A stretch of DNA of 64,000 nt from Anolis carolinensis (Eukaryota). The DNA lies in contig NC_085846.1 in the NCBI RefSeq assembly GCF_035594765.1, positions 20,075,190 through 20,139,189 on the forward strand. The letters run 5' to 3'. The translations under genes were made by a program, and so were the position numbers. Positions 37,948 to 49,013 of the stretch are shown here, piece by piece. The notes beneath the pieces are model-generated. The model saw nothing but the letters and a program-made list of their open reading frames with translations. It made no database searches and was not told the origin of the DNA. Every line of letters starts with the position of its first letter. The first letter of the stretch is position 1.

Positions 37948-38805
37948 AGAATCATAGAATGAGTTGGAAGAGACCTCATGGGCCATCCAGTCCAACCCCC
38001 TGCCAAGAAGCAGGAAATCGCATTCAAAGCACCCCCAACAGATGGCCATCCAGCCTCTGCTTAAGAGCCTCCAAAGAAGGAGCCTCCACTACACTCTGGG
38101 GCAGAGAGTTCCACTGCCGAATAGCTCTCACAGTGAGGAAGTTCTTCCTAATGTTAAGGTAGAATCTCCTTTTCTGTAGTTTGAAGCCATTGTTCCGCGT
38201 CCTAGTCTCCAGAGCAGCAGAAAACAAGCTTGCTCCCTCCTCCCTATGACTTCCCCTTACATATTAATACATGGCCCTCATCATGTCTCCTCTTAGCCTT
38301 CCCTTCTGCAGGTTAAACATGCCCAGCTCTTTTAAGTACTCCTCATAGGGCTTGTTCTCCAGACCCTTAATCATTTTAGTCGCCCTCCTTTGGACGCTTT
38401 CCAGCATGTCAACATCTCTCTTCAACTGTGGTGCCCAGAATTGGATACAGTATTCCTGGTGTGGTCTGACTAAGACAGAATAGAGGGGTAGCATGACTTC
38501 CTTGGATCTAGACACTATACCCCTATTGATGCAGGCCAAAATCCCATTGGCCTTTTTCACTGCCGCATCACATTGTAGGCTCATGTTTAACTTGTTGTCC
38601 ACGAGGACTCTAAGATCTTTTTCACACATACTGTTGTCAAGCCAGGCGTCCCCCATTCTGTATCTTTGCATTTCATTTTTTCTGCCTAAGTGAAGTATCT
38701 TGCATTTGTCCCTGTTGAACTTAATTTTGTTTGTTTCGGCCCATCTCTCTAATCTGTTAAGATCGTTTTGAATTCTGCTCCTGTCTTCTGGAGTGTTGGC
38801 TATCC
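37948..38805 (-). mobile_element. Younger 5'-truncated CR1 LINE
   Basis: ORF 38264-38818(-): IQNDLNRLERWAETNKIKFNRDKCKILHLG..LVRPHQEYCIQFWAP, the CR1 ORF2 C-terminus; (ATTCTATG) tail at 37948-37960. Confidence 0.93.
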
Positions 38806-38821
38806 CAGAGCTGTTCAACTG

Positions 38822-38940
38822 GTGCCTGCGTCTGTCTCTGTCCCTGTTCTATGTTATGGCATTGAATGTTTGCCTTTATGTGTGCAATGTGATCCGCCCT
38901 AAGTCCCCTTCGGGGTGAGAAGGGCGGAATATAAATGCTG

Positions 38941-38970
<30 letters not shown>
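38822..38970 (+). mobile_element. 5'-truncated SINE/L2-tail element with (TAAA)n
   Basis: gtgatccgccctaagtccccttcggggtgagaagggcgg stem-loop, (taaa)n tail, 5-bp flanking duplication aactg. Same family as 581-1030. Confidence 0.78.
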
Positions 38971-38971
<1 letters not shown>

Positions 38972-39189
38972 ACTGTGGAACTCTCTGCCCCGGAGGTGGA
39001 AGGTCCTTCCTTGGAAACTTTTAAAACAGAGACTGAATGGCCATCTGTCATAGGTACCTTGATTGTGCTTTTCCTACATGGCAAAGGGATGGACTAGATG
39101 TCCCTTGAGGTCCCTTCCAACTCTTCTGATTCTCTGACTTGTTAACACTGCCTCAAAACCTTGAAGCTTCGTTACGTTTTCATCTCCCA

Positions 39190-39560
39190 TTCCAGCCCCG
39201 CCCCCTTTTTGATCATGTGATACGGCGGCAAGATGGCGCCAAGGACCAGCAACCAAACCACAACTCCCAGGGTGCAGCGCGTGCCCAATGGCAGGCAGGC
39301 AGAGGGGCGGGGCCGCTTGGCGTCGCGGACGGTTAGTGTGAGCGAGATAAAGGTTGGGTGTCCCGCGCCGGCGCCTGTTGGGAGGGAGGAACGGGGGCCC
39401 CTCCCCCCCCGGGCCCGCCGCCCTCTTCCCATTACCTTTCCGTTGCAGCGAAGCGCGGGGAGGGGGAAAAAGCGGCCAGGTGAGGAAAGGAAACAACCCC
39501 ACAGCGAGAAAGGTGGGGGCGGGGGGAGGAAGAAAGGCGTCGCGCGGCGGAATGGCAACC
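39190..39560 (+). promoter_or_regulatory. ZNF628: CpG-island promoter / first non-coding exon of ZNF628
   Basis: CpG-rich island with GC boxes (39196, 39304), E-box TCATGTGA (~39213), YY1 motif CAAGATGGCG (~39229) and ZNF143/THAP11-type ACCACAACTCCCAGGGTGCA (39257-39276). Candidate donor CAG|gtgagg at 39479/39480. Confidence 0.75.
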
Positions 39561-39846
39561 AAGGGGGAGGGGCGGAAGAGCTCAGTCCCTTAAAGGGGAA
39601 AGGCCTGGACTTAAAGGGCATGGCACACGGGCCTGTATTTTTTGCCCTCCGACAGAATAGGCTCATTTTGACTACTATATACACCATTATACGTAATGGG
39701 ATCTGAGCATCTATGGTATCGGGGGCCGGGCAGGGTCTTGGAACATCATTATTATATTAAAATACAATATATTAGGAATAATAATACAATAATTGTATAT
39801 TACATATTACATGTAATATTACTAATAATATTGCAGTATAGTGGTA

Positions 39847-40155
39847 CAGTAGAGTCTCACTTATCCAACATAAATGGGCCGGCAGAATGTTGGTTAAGCG
39901 AATATGTTGGATAATAAGGAGGCATTAAGGAAAAGCCTATTAAACATCAAATTAGGTTATGATTTTACAAATTAAGCACCAAAACATAAGGTTATACAAC
40001 AAATTGGGCAGAAAAAGTAGTTCAATACGCAGTAATGCTATGTTTACAAATTTTGCACCAAAATATCACGATGTATTGAAAACATTGACTACAAAAATGT
40101 GTTGGATAATCCAGAATGTTGGCTAAGCGAGTGTTGGATAAGTGAGACTATACTG
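39847..40155. mobile_element. Tc1/mariner-type MITE (copy 3, opposite orientation)
   Basis: Same TIRs, TA TSD. Confidence 0.9.
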
Positions 40156-40160
40156 TATAT

Positions 40161-40490
40161 GAGGGGGCCCTGGTGGCACAGTGTGTTAAAGCGCTGAGCT
40201 GTTGAACTTGCGGACCAAAAGGTCCCAGGTTCAAATCCCGGGAGTGGAATGAGCGCCCTCTGTTAGCCCCAGCTCCTGCCAACCTAGCAGTTCAAAAACA
40301 TGCGAATGTGAGTAGATCAATAGGTACTGCTCCAGCGGGGAGGTAACGGCGCTCCATGCAGTCATGCCGGCCACATGACCTTGGAGGTGTCTATGGACAA
40401 CGCCGGCTCTTCGGCTTAGAAATGGAGATGAGCACCAACCGAGTCGGTCACAACTGGACTTAGCGTCAGGGGAAACCTTCACCTTTACCT
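40161..40490 (+). mobile_element. Sauria SINE (near full length)
   Basis: tRNA head with A/B boxes (tggcacagtgtg; ggttcaaatcc), Sauria core, and tail ggggaaaccttcacctttacct. Confidence 0.9.
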
Positions 40491-41325
40491 ATAGTGGTAT
40501 ATTGCCATATAGTAATATATAATACTAATATTCTGCTATGCTAATAATATATTATATGTATATATAATATTGATCCTAATATTGCACTCCAATATAATAC
40601 TAATAATACAGTATAATAATAGAATAATCATATATGATGTATTGCATGTAATATTACTAATAATATTGCAGTATAGTGGTATAGAACAATATAGTAATAT
40701 ATAATGCTAATATGCTACAATGCTAATAATATAATAGATTGTATGTACATATAACTTGTAAAGTGCTCTGAGTCCCCCTTGGGATGAGAAGGGGGGGATA
40801 CAAATGTCGTATGTAAATAAATCAAACTCCAGCGGATACAGACTCCACTTATTTTACTAAACCAGGCATGGACAAACTTTGGCCTTCCTCCAGGTGTGTT
40901 TGCTTATCATGGCATGACAATTTGGTCTCTCCATTTAAGAACTTCTGTCCACTTTGAAACATCCCATCCACCTTCTGTATTTAGTTTCCCCTTAATTGCA
41001 TTGTCTCATGATATACAAGGAAAGGTCCCGTGGCAATAAAGCAGAAAAGATAAATTGCTATTAAAATTAAACAATTACATTACAAAAATTACATTTCACA
41101 TCTAACCATTGTAAGACAAGACATAGGATTAAAAACTAGTGACAGTATAAAATTTAAGAGCCAACTTAGCCGAAATAACATGTTATTTCCATTCCGTAGT
41201 GTCTGTGCTAAAAGTTCCAGACAGCCTCCTTCTAAATGCTTGGGAGCATAGAAGAGGTTTTAACTGCTTTTAAAGGAGAGTAAGGAGGGAGGCCATTTTG
41301 ATCTCCTTAGGGTTCCAGAGGCGGC

Positions 41326-41353
41326 GGGGTGGGGGTGGGGGTGGGGGTGGGGC
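41326..41353 (+). repeat. (GGGGGT)n G-tract, potential G-quadruplex in ZNF628 intron 1
   Basis: Five G4-5 runs separated by single T. Confidence 0.7.
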
Positions 41354-42076
41354 AACCACTAAGAAGGCCCCCTCTCCTTCCCACCAGCCATGCTTGAGAC
41401 GGGGGCGTGACCAAGAGTAGGGCCCCCTCTGCTGATTGAAGCACCCAGCCAGGCTTATACAAGGAGATGCGTAGTTTTGTAGATTTGTATGTTGTTCGTA
41501 CATAAATGAGAATTGGAGTTTTTTTGTTTTTTAAGTAGCAGGTCTACAAGGGGGCACTTGTGAGAAACATTGCTTGTATATTTCTCGTTCATGCGCTGCT
41601 AGAAGAGATTTGACAGCTCAAAGAGCTGTCGCAATTTAAAACCCAATAAAGACCTTTCTCTTCTGGATGGTCTAGTAAATTTTTAACTATGAATTTTAAA
41701 TTCATATTTTATTAAGATTGATGTTTTAATCTTTGTTCTGTGTTTTTTTGTTACATGTGTTTTTATGGTCCTTTGTTTTTATCTATATATTTTAACTGTG
41801 TTTTACCCCATCTCAAGTCATGAGGAGAGGCAGGTAACAAATACAGTTTATGTGATGGTGATGATGATGATGATGAGCAACTCAGCCATTATCATTTGTC
41901 CTGTGTGTTCTTATCCCCACAACTGTCTCCACATGTAAAAGTGAGGGGGGAAAGTTGCTGTGTATAAATGTCAACAACTAGAAACAAATGGGTGAAATGG
42001 CAGCGTGAGACATCTATGATGGTTATGACCAGAAAACATTCTCATTCCTTGTTTCTGGCAGGTTAAATCTGGAACA

Positions 42077-45000
42077 ATGGTGGGAGCTCAGCAGCTAGAG
42101 ATGCAGGCCGCAGCAGTGCCAGCAGCAGCGCCAGCTGGTGCGGGCCCTGGTGGCAGCAGTGGCGATCACCAGTACGAGTGCCTGGAATGTGGCAAGGTGT
42201 TTAAGTGGTCATCACGGCTCATCCACCACCAGCGAACTCACACGGGTGAGCGCCCTTACAAGTGCTCAGAGTGCCCCAAGGCCTTCAAAGGATCCTCGGC
42301 TTTGCTGTACCACCAACGAGGACACACGGGGGAGCGGCCCTATAAGTGTGGCGAATGCGGCAAGGCGTTCAAACGGTCCTCCTTGCTTCAGATCCACCAG
42401 AGTGTGCATACGGGCCTGCGGGCCTTCAAATGTGCCCAGTGTGGCCTGGCTTTCAAATGGTCCTCCCATTACCAGTACCATTTGCGCCAGCACACAGGGG
42501 AACGGCCTTATCCATGCCCAGCCTGCGACAAAGCCTTCAAAAACTCCTCTAGCCTACGGCGGCATCGCCACACGCATACAGGCGAGCGCCCTTACGTCTG
42601 CCCTGTCTGTAGCAAGGCCTTCGCACAGTCCACTAATCTCCGGCAGCACCAGCGGGTGCACACAGGTGAGAGGCCCTACCGGTGCCAAGACTGTGGAAAG
42701 GCCTTCACGCACTCATCAAACTTGGCACTGCACTGCAGATCCGCACATGCTGCCCGGCCTGCCCACACCTGTGTTATCTGTGGCAAGGCCTTTGCATCAG
42801 ATATCTATTTGCAGCATCACCTGGAGACTCATGCGGATGTCGCGCCCCCGGCCCAACTCTTCCTAGAGGAACCAACCACTACTGTAGAAATGCTGTTTCG
42901 ATGCAGCCTCTGCCATCTCACCTTCCCTCTGGAGGAGCAGCTTCTGAGCCACCAGGAAACCCATTTGGCCCCAGTGGACCCTTTGCCTCTACCACCACCA
43001 CCGTCATTGTCAACACCACCCTTACCACCAGCCTCTGTGCAGGAGGCGGCAGCCCCTGTGGCATCCCCCATAGCCTCACTAGCTTGCTCTGTGTGTGGCA
43101 AGACTTTCAAGAGCGCAGCCGGATTAGCACGGCACCAGCAGAGTCAGCATTCTTCTGATCGCACATATACTTGCATGGTGTGTGAACGTTCCTTCCCAGC
43201 TTTGGCTAGCCTCTTGGGCCACCAACGTTCACATCCCCCTGCAGAGCAACGGCTGGAGGAAGCCGAGGTGACATGCCCAGCTCAAGCTGAACCAGTACCC
43301 ACAGCGACTGTGACACCAGCCCCACCCCCTGAGCGACCTTATGTTTGTGGAGAGTGTGGGAAAGCCTTCAAGGGATCATCTGGGTTGCGCTACCACTTAC
43401 GTGACCATACGGGAGAGCGTCCCTATGCTTGCGGCGAGTGCGGGAAGGCCTTCAAGCGCTCATCTCTGCTGCGCATCCACCAGCGGGTTCACACAGGGCT
43501 GCGGGCTTTCACCTGCCCCACCTGTGGGATGGCGTTTAAGTGGGCTTCTCATTACCAGTACCACCTGCGCCAGCATACTGGTGAACGCCCATATGTCTGC
43601 CAGGATTGTGGGAAAGCCTTTAAGAACACCTCATGCCTTCGTCGGCACCAGCAGCTACACACAGGTGAGCGCCCCTTTGCCTGCCAAACGTGTGGTAAAG
43701 CATTCACCCAGACATCCAATCTCCGGCAGCACCAGCGGGTGCATACAGGTGAGAGACCTTACTGTTGCCGGGATTGTGGCAAGGCCTTTACCCACTCTTC
43801 CAACCTGGCGCTGCACAGGCGCACCCATTCTCGAGAGCGCCCCTTTCAGTGCCCAGTTTGCTCCAAGGCATTTGTCATGGCTTCTTATTTACAGCGCCAT
43901 TTGCGTACACACAACAGCTCTGAGGCAGCTAGTCGCCCAGCTGCTGCCTCACCTGCCGCTACTCAGGAGGTGCAAATCATGCCCAACCTGCAAGCCACAC
44001 TGAATGTGGAGTTAAGCAGCAACCCAGCCCCAGCTAGTTCTTCCAACACTCAGAGTTTCCTGTTAGTGCAGACAGCTCAGGGCTTGCAATTAATCCCCAG
44101 TGTGCAGCAGCAACAGCCACCGCCACCCCAGAATTCATCTCCCAAGCTCATCCTGCTTCCTAGTCCACAGGTGGTATCTACAACGCCTGCTGCTCCAACC
44201 ACCTTTACGCTCTTGCCAAGTGCTCCAACCATCTCTGCAAAATCAGTTCCACGCCGTCAAAGTAGGGGCAAAAAATCTGTGCCACCGCCTCATCTACCAC
44301 CACCAGTGCCTGGGAAGCAGAATATCATTCTTGTGCCCACTGCCCCTGCACCCAACCTGCAATCTTTTCCTAATGTGCAAATCCAAAAAACTCCAGGGTT
44401 GCAGGATTGTGGACAAAACGTTTTTGTCCTCCAAAGCTTGCTAGAACAGCTAACGGGCACACTTCAGATCCAAACTATGGCAACCACTTCACCAGCAGGC
44501 ACTATCCAGATTCAAGCACTGCCCCAGCCCCAGTCACTCCAGGGCCTTCCTATTGCTCAGCTAGGTGGCACCCTGCAAATCCAGGCCATGCCTGACTCGC
44601 AACAGACTGGCACAATCCAAATTCAGGCCATCCCACATACCCAACAGCCTGGCTTTGTGCAAATCCAGAGCCTGCCACTTGCTCCAAGTACTGTCCACAT
44701 CCAAAGTTTGCCCAGTTCACAGCCAGCAGGCACAGTGCAGATCCAGAGCTTGTCCAGCTGTACCCCAGCTGGCACACTACAATTCCAGACATTTCAGCCT
44801 TCCCCTAAGATGAACACTGTGCAGTTCCAGGCTGTGCCATCTTCCCAGCAGGTAGGGACCTTACAACTTCAAACCCTCCAGCCTTCTCAGCAGGTGGGCC
44901 CTCTTCACATCCAGACCATACCATCACCCCAGCAGGCTAATACCCTGCAGATCCAGAATCTATCTCCTTCAAATCAGTCTACAAATGACATTGAAATTCA

Positions 45001-45712
45001 GGGTTTCTCGCCTTCCCAGCAACTAGATGGTACGATTCAAATCCGAAGCTTGCTGTCTTCCCAAGAAACTCGGCAGCTGCAGCCTTCAGAAGGGATGGAT
45101 AGCATCCAACTCCAGAACTTGGGCCCACCTCAGGAGATAAATGAAGTGGGGACTACTCTGTCCAGCTCTCATGAACTGTCTGAAGTGGACCTTCAACCAG
45201 GACCCACCTTGTGGGTGCAGAACTCTCCGGGAGAGAGAATGGTGCAGAACTCTCCGGGAGAGGAGTTGTTAGGACCAGGGGCTGAAATTGAGGGGCTTGA
45301 GGGTGTACAGGACATGCACTTTGAGACGGTGCAGACAGAGGAAGGGCTTCAAAAGATATTGGTGCTGAGGGGTGCAGATGGGGAGCAGACCCGGCTGTGT
45401 GTGCAGGAAGTGGAGGACATCCAGACTGTACAGGAACTGCCTGACCTTCAGGTGCAGGGTCCTGAGAGTAACTCGGGGTCTGGGCAGAACCTTCTCATCA
45501 TTCGCAGTGCTCAGGGAGAACAGACTCTTCAAGTGTTAGAGAGTGTCCCCACACTGCAGGTGAGCAGTCCGGACAGCACACAGCCTTCCCTTGACAACAA
45601 CAGCACTTCCCAAATGGTGCAGCTTCTGCAGAATCCAGTGACATCTCAAGGCCTGCCCTCCATTCAGATAGTGCAGGCGGTGCCCAGCATGCAGCTTGTT
45701 CACACATTCTGA
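42077..45712 (+). CDS. ZNF628: Zinc finger protein 628 (single coding exon, 18 C2H2 fingers, Q/P-rich C-terminus)
   Basis: 1211-aa ORF. Fingers FKWSSRLIHH, FKGSSALLYH, FKWSSHYQYH and C-terminus GADGEQTRLCVQEVE...QGLPSIQIVQAVPSMQLVHTF match ZNF628 as recalled. Acceptor ggcag| at 42061; NAT14 is the downstream neighbour. Confidence 0.95.
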   Translation: MVGAQQLEMQAAAVPAAAPAGAGPGGSSGDHQYECLECGKVFKWSSRLIHHQRTHTGERPYKCSECPKAFKGSSALLYHQRGHTGERPYKCGECGKAFKRSSLLQIHQSVHTGLRAFKCAQCGLAFKWSSHYQYHLRQHTGERPYPCPACDKAFKNSSSLRRHRHTHTGERPYVCPVCSKAFAQSTNLRQHQRVHTGERPYRCQDCGKAFTHSSNLALHCRSAHAARPAHTCVICGKAFASDIYLQHHLETHADVAPPAQLFLEEPTTTVEMLFRCSLCHLTFPLEEQLLSHQETHLAPVDPLPLPPPPSLSTPPLPPASVQEAAAPVASPIASLACSVCGKTFKSAAGLARHQQSQHSSDRTYTCMVCERSFPALASLLGHQRSHPPAEQRLEEAEVTCPAQAEPVPTATVTPAPPPERPYVCGECGKAFKGSSGLRYHLRDHTGERPYACGECGKAFKRSSLLRIHQRVHTGLRAFTCPTCGMAFKWASHYQYHLRQHTGERPYVCQDCGKAFKNTSCLRRHQQLHTGERPFACQTCGKAFTQTSNLRQHQRVHTGERPYCCRDCGKAFTHSSNLALHRRTHSRERPFQCPVCSKAFVMASYLQRHLRTHNSSEAASRPAAASPAATQEVQIMPNLQATLNVELSSNPAPASSSNTQSFLLVQTAQGLQLIPSVQQQQPPPPQNSSPKLILLPSPQVVSTTPAAPTTFTLLPSAPTISAKSVPRRQSRGKKSVPPPHLPPPVPGKQNIILVPTAPAPNLQSFPNVQIQKTPGLQDCGQNVFVLQSLLEQLTGTLQIQTMATTSPAGTIQIQALPQPQSLQGLPIAQLGGTLQIQAMPDSQQTGTIQIQAIPHTQQPGFVQIQSLPLAPSTVHIQSLPSSQPAGTVQIQSLSSCTPAGTLQFQTFQPSPKMNTVQFQAVPSSQQVGTLQLQTLQPSQQVGPLHIQTIPSPQQANTLQIQNLSPSNQSTNDIEIQGFSPSQQLDGTIQIRSLLSSQETRQLQPSEGMDSIQLQNLGPPQEINEVGTTLSSSHELSEVDLQPGPTLWVQNSPGERMVQNSPGEELLGPGAEIEGLEGVQDMHFETVQTEEGLQKILVLRGADGEQTRLCVQEVEDIQTVQELPDLQVQGPESNSGSGQNLLIIRSAQGEQTLQVLESVPTLQVSSPDSTQPSLDNNSTSQMVQLLQNPVTSQGLPSIQIVQAVPSMQLVHTF

Positions 45713-48700
45713 AAACGAGTGTGTCTCTGCATGCTTTGTGCTGGTGCATCAGCTCTCGCAAGTAAACAAAGAGGAGCAGATCCGGTCTACCAGTTGCTAA
45801 AACCAGTGCTGGTCAGGGTGGATTTTCTCTAGGCAATGGATGGGATTTGAAGTCTCTCCCAGTGAGCTTGGTTTGGGTTCTTCTCAGTGAAGTCTTTCTC
45901 CGTAAAAGCATGCTCATTGCTCTTCCCCTCACTGCTCATGGGTACGCTGCTGCTTCTTACTGCCCTTGCAGTCACAGTGGTACCCTCTACCCAAGCACTT
46001 GTATACCCCTATACTGCATGAAAGAAATATAATCTGATGAGCCCGCTATCTGTCACAGATCCACCCCTGCTCCCCTGTGCTTAAAATATTTTGTTCTGCA
46101 AAGATATAAATGTACATGCAATATAATGGTTTAGACAGCCAAGACTTTCATGTTTCTTGCCACATAAAACGGAAAATGTGATCCGTGGGTAGCAACTGCA
46201 TTTCTGGCTTCTCTCACGTTTCCTTTCCATGTTACAGCATCAGATCAGAATCCTCTGGAACGGTGTAAACTCCTTTTATGTAACAGAACAATGGAACAAT
46301 GGATCAGTTTTTTGGGGGAAGGGGTCTTCCATGGGGTCTGGATGCTGTGAGGGGCAGTTGCATAAATTTGTCTCAGGCTCCATTTCCCAGTCATACTGTC
46401 GTTTCCACTTAGGTCCTTCTTGTCTGTTCTTCCCCATTTCAGCCCCACCTTCACCATATGCAGAACCACTTTTCTGAGTGGACCCCAGTTTCTGGTGCTA
46501 ACAAACACAAGCAGGCCACAGACTCTTGCCCAAGAAAAAAAAATTAAAAGGCTGATTTGAAGTACCTTTGCCTTTCTTTCAGTCCTGTTCTTGAATGCAT
46601 CATGCATGAACTGGGTCCACATGTGTAAAATACATGGGTTTCTACTCTCTAAAAGATCTGAGGGTTTTACAGAATCAATTATATCAGTTTGATACTACTT
46701 TAGCAATCAGTGCTCTAAGTAATCCTTGGATTTGTAGTTCAGTGAGGTATTGAACTGCAAGAGAACACTAGTGAATTCTGCTGAAATCAGCCCATTTTGT
46801 GAACAACAGTGTAGGTGAGTATATTAAGAGCAGGACTTTCCAAGATATCTGATGTAATGGGCTAGCTTTTAATTCTTTTCCCTAATATGCCATGAATGAG
46901 TACCATATTTGTATTTGTTAATCTGAAACTGTCTTTTCTCTCCTAGAGAGTCTCTAGGGACCGGTAATTGATGGTTTGCCAAATAGACCTGATCCTTGTC
47001 CCGGGACCACCACTTTGAGTAGCATTGCATTACGAGTACTCCAGCATATTTACATTTAGAAAAGGTATAGGCATATACTATGATTTCTTGATATTTTGAA
47101 AACAGACTATACAATCCCCAAGGAACGTAGCTAAAGGAATGTGCAAAGCTGCCCTACATCTGGTTCATCTTGCTCAGTATTGTCTACAATTATCTGCAGT
47201 GACTCTCTAGGATTCTTTGCTAGTAACATCTAGAAAACTCTGAGGTAGTTCTCATGGGCTCAATTATTGAGGTGCCATGTATACTCATGTATAAGTTGAA
47301 GGCAGGTTTTGTCACCAAAATCTTTGATTTTGATGTGACCTGCAATTGTGGAGGGTCATTCCACAGAGAAGGGAAAGCACCAATCCTGACTCAATGGGCG
47401 TGGTATGGCCACCATTTCCCTGCCCAGGCCAAAAATGGTGCCACAGCAAAGTAGAAGACATTGGGGCTTCTTTTAGGTTCTCCTGAGACAGAGAATGAAA
47501 TATTTCTCTTTTTAAAAAAAATAGAGTTAAGCTACAGTACTCACATTGACCCATGGATAAGTTGACAGTTTTTTTGGATTTTCTGACTAAAATTTCTAGA
47601 TTTATATCAGAGTACCAGTATGTATGGTAACCAAATGTAAAATTGTGTCTCAAAAGTCAGCAAGTTATATCCTACATACTCTACATTGGGATAATTTGCA
47701 TAATCAAGCAGAAATCTCAGCACAAAAATGCGATCAAGGTGACCAACTTAAAAATATTTACATGTGAAGAATACTGAGGCAAGCAATTATTGCAAAACCA
47801 GAATATAATAAATGGTTTTTAAATTGCAGTTCTATGTGGTATTAAGGAACATGTGCTGTTGCAAATCATACAGATCTACCAGTAAATCCTGTACAAGAAA
47901 ACATCAGAAAGCAGGAGTGTTCAGAAATGCTACAGAAATTGGCAGGTGTGAGATGAAAACTTCCTGATATGCCTCTAAGCAGCAAAAAGGAACTTTTGGC
48001 CCTTTACACGTTTTTTTCCTATTGCACCAACTAGCCACATACAGTGCAGACAATGGTAAGGAACTGTATTGTCTTCATATAACTTCACTTGTTCTAGCAG
48101 TGAGTCCAAGTATAGAAAAAGATGAGGGGTGGGGAGACCTTTTGGCTCAAATTAAGTCCTATAGACAACATCCTTTAATTTACATTCCTTCCAGATTTAA
48201 GAACCTAACCTAGTAATTCAGGCTTTCCTGTTCATTTGTGCTTGCTTTGAGTTTTTCCCCCCAGTACTAGTTACTATACCATTACAACCCACAGCTGGCA
48301 ACTTATATTAATCCCAATAGTTGAAGTGGATGCAGGTCTTGGGATTTTGGATGGATATTTTGGTGTGGTCAGTGGTTTCTGGCAGATCAGTTTTAGAGCT
48401 CAATAGCTTTTGGTCAATTCAGGAAACAAGTCAGCATAAAGACTACATTTCATGAAGTGAAGCGTGTATGCAGACCTTTTCCCCTGAAAACTCTACCAAA
48501 GTCAAAACTTGGAGCGGCCATTCCTATTGCTGGTTGGTTAAATTTTTTCTTGTGTGCCTCCTTTATAGTGTTTATTATAAAGCACAGTTAGATTTCCATG
48601 TGCTGAGTTGAGCGGAACAAGATGCTTATAATAGTGAAAAACCACACATTTTAAAAATGCTATTTTCTTACCTGCGAGAAATTTTCTATGTTCTCTGGCA

Positions 48701-48758
48701 AAAGAGTGCTCAACCTCCACTCGAAGTTGTCTATAGCATCACATTGGAGGATCTAGCT

Positions 48759-49013
48759 CACGGGTCCTCAAACTTTTTAAGCAGAGGGCCAGTCCACAAT
48801 CCTTCAGACTGTTGCGGGGCCAAATTATCATTTGGGGGGAAAAAAACCCAATTCCTATGCGCACTGCACATGTCTTATTTGTAATGCAAAAAACCCCACA
48901 ACAATGAAAGAACAATACAATATTTAAAAATAAAATGAATTTTAACCAACATAAACCAATCAGGATTTAAATGGGAAGTGTGGACCTGCTTCTGGCCAAT
49001 CAGATAGTCAAGT
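48759..49013. mobile_element. 3'-truncated copy of the 22876-23252 hAT element
   Basis: cacgggtcctcaaactttttaagcagagggcc ... gatagtcaagttaa, colinear with 22876-23114, then interrupted by telomeric repeats. Confidence 0.8.

Noticed and set aside
38264-38818. 184-aa minus-strand ORF as a host gene
   Set aside because: It is the C-terminus of CR1 ORF2 in a 5'-truncated copy.
39074-39706. 157-171-aa ORFs on both strands
   Set aside because: Stop-poor CpG-island sequence of the ZNF628 promoter; low-complexity R/G/P products.
40161-40240. tRNA gene
   Set aside because: The A/B boxes belong to the tRNA-derived head of a Sauria SINE; no full cloverleaf.
42138-44003. Long alternative-frame ORFs over ZNF628 (242, 158 and 220 aa)
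   Set aside because: Shadow frames typical of GC-rich C2H2 arrays; no independent domain signal.
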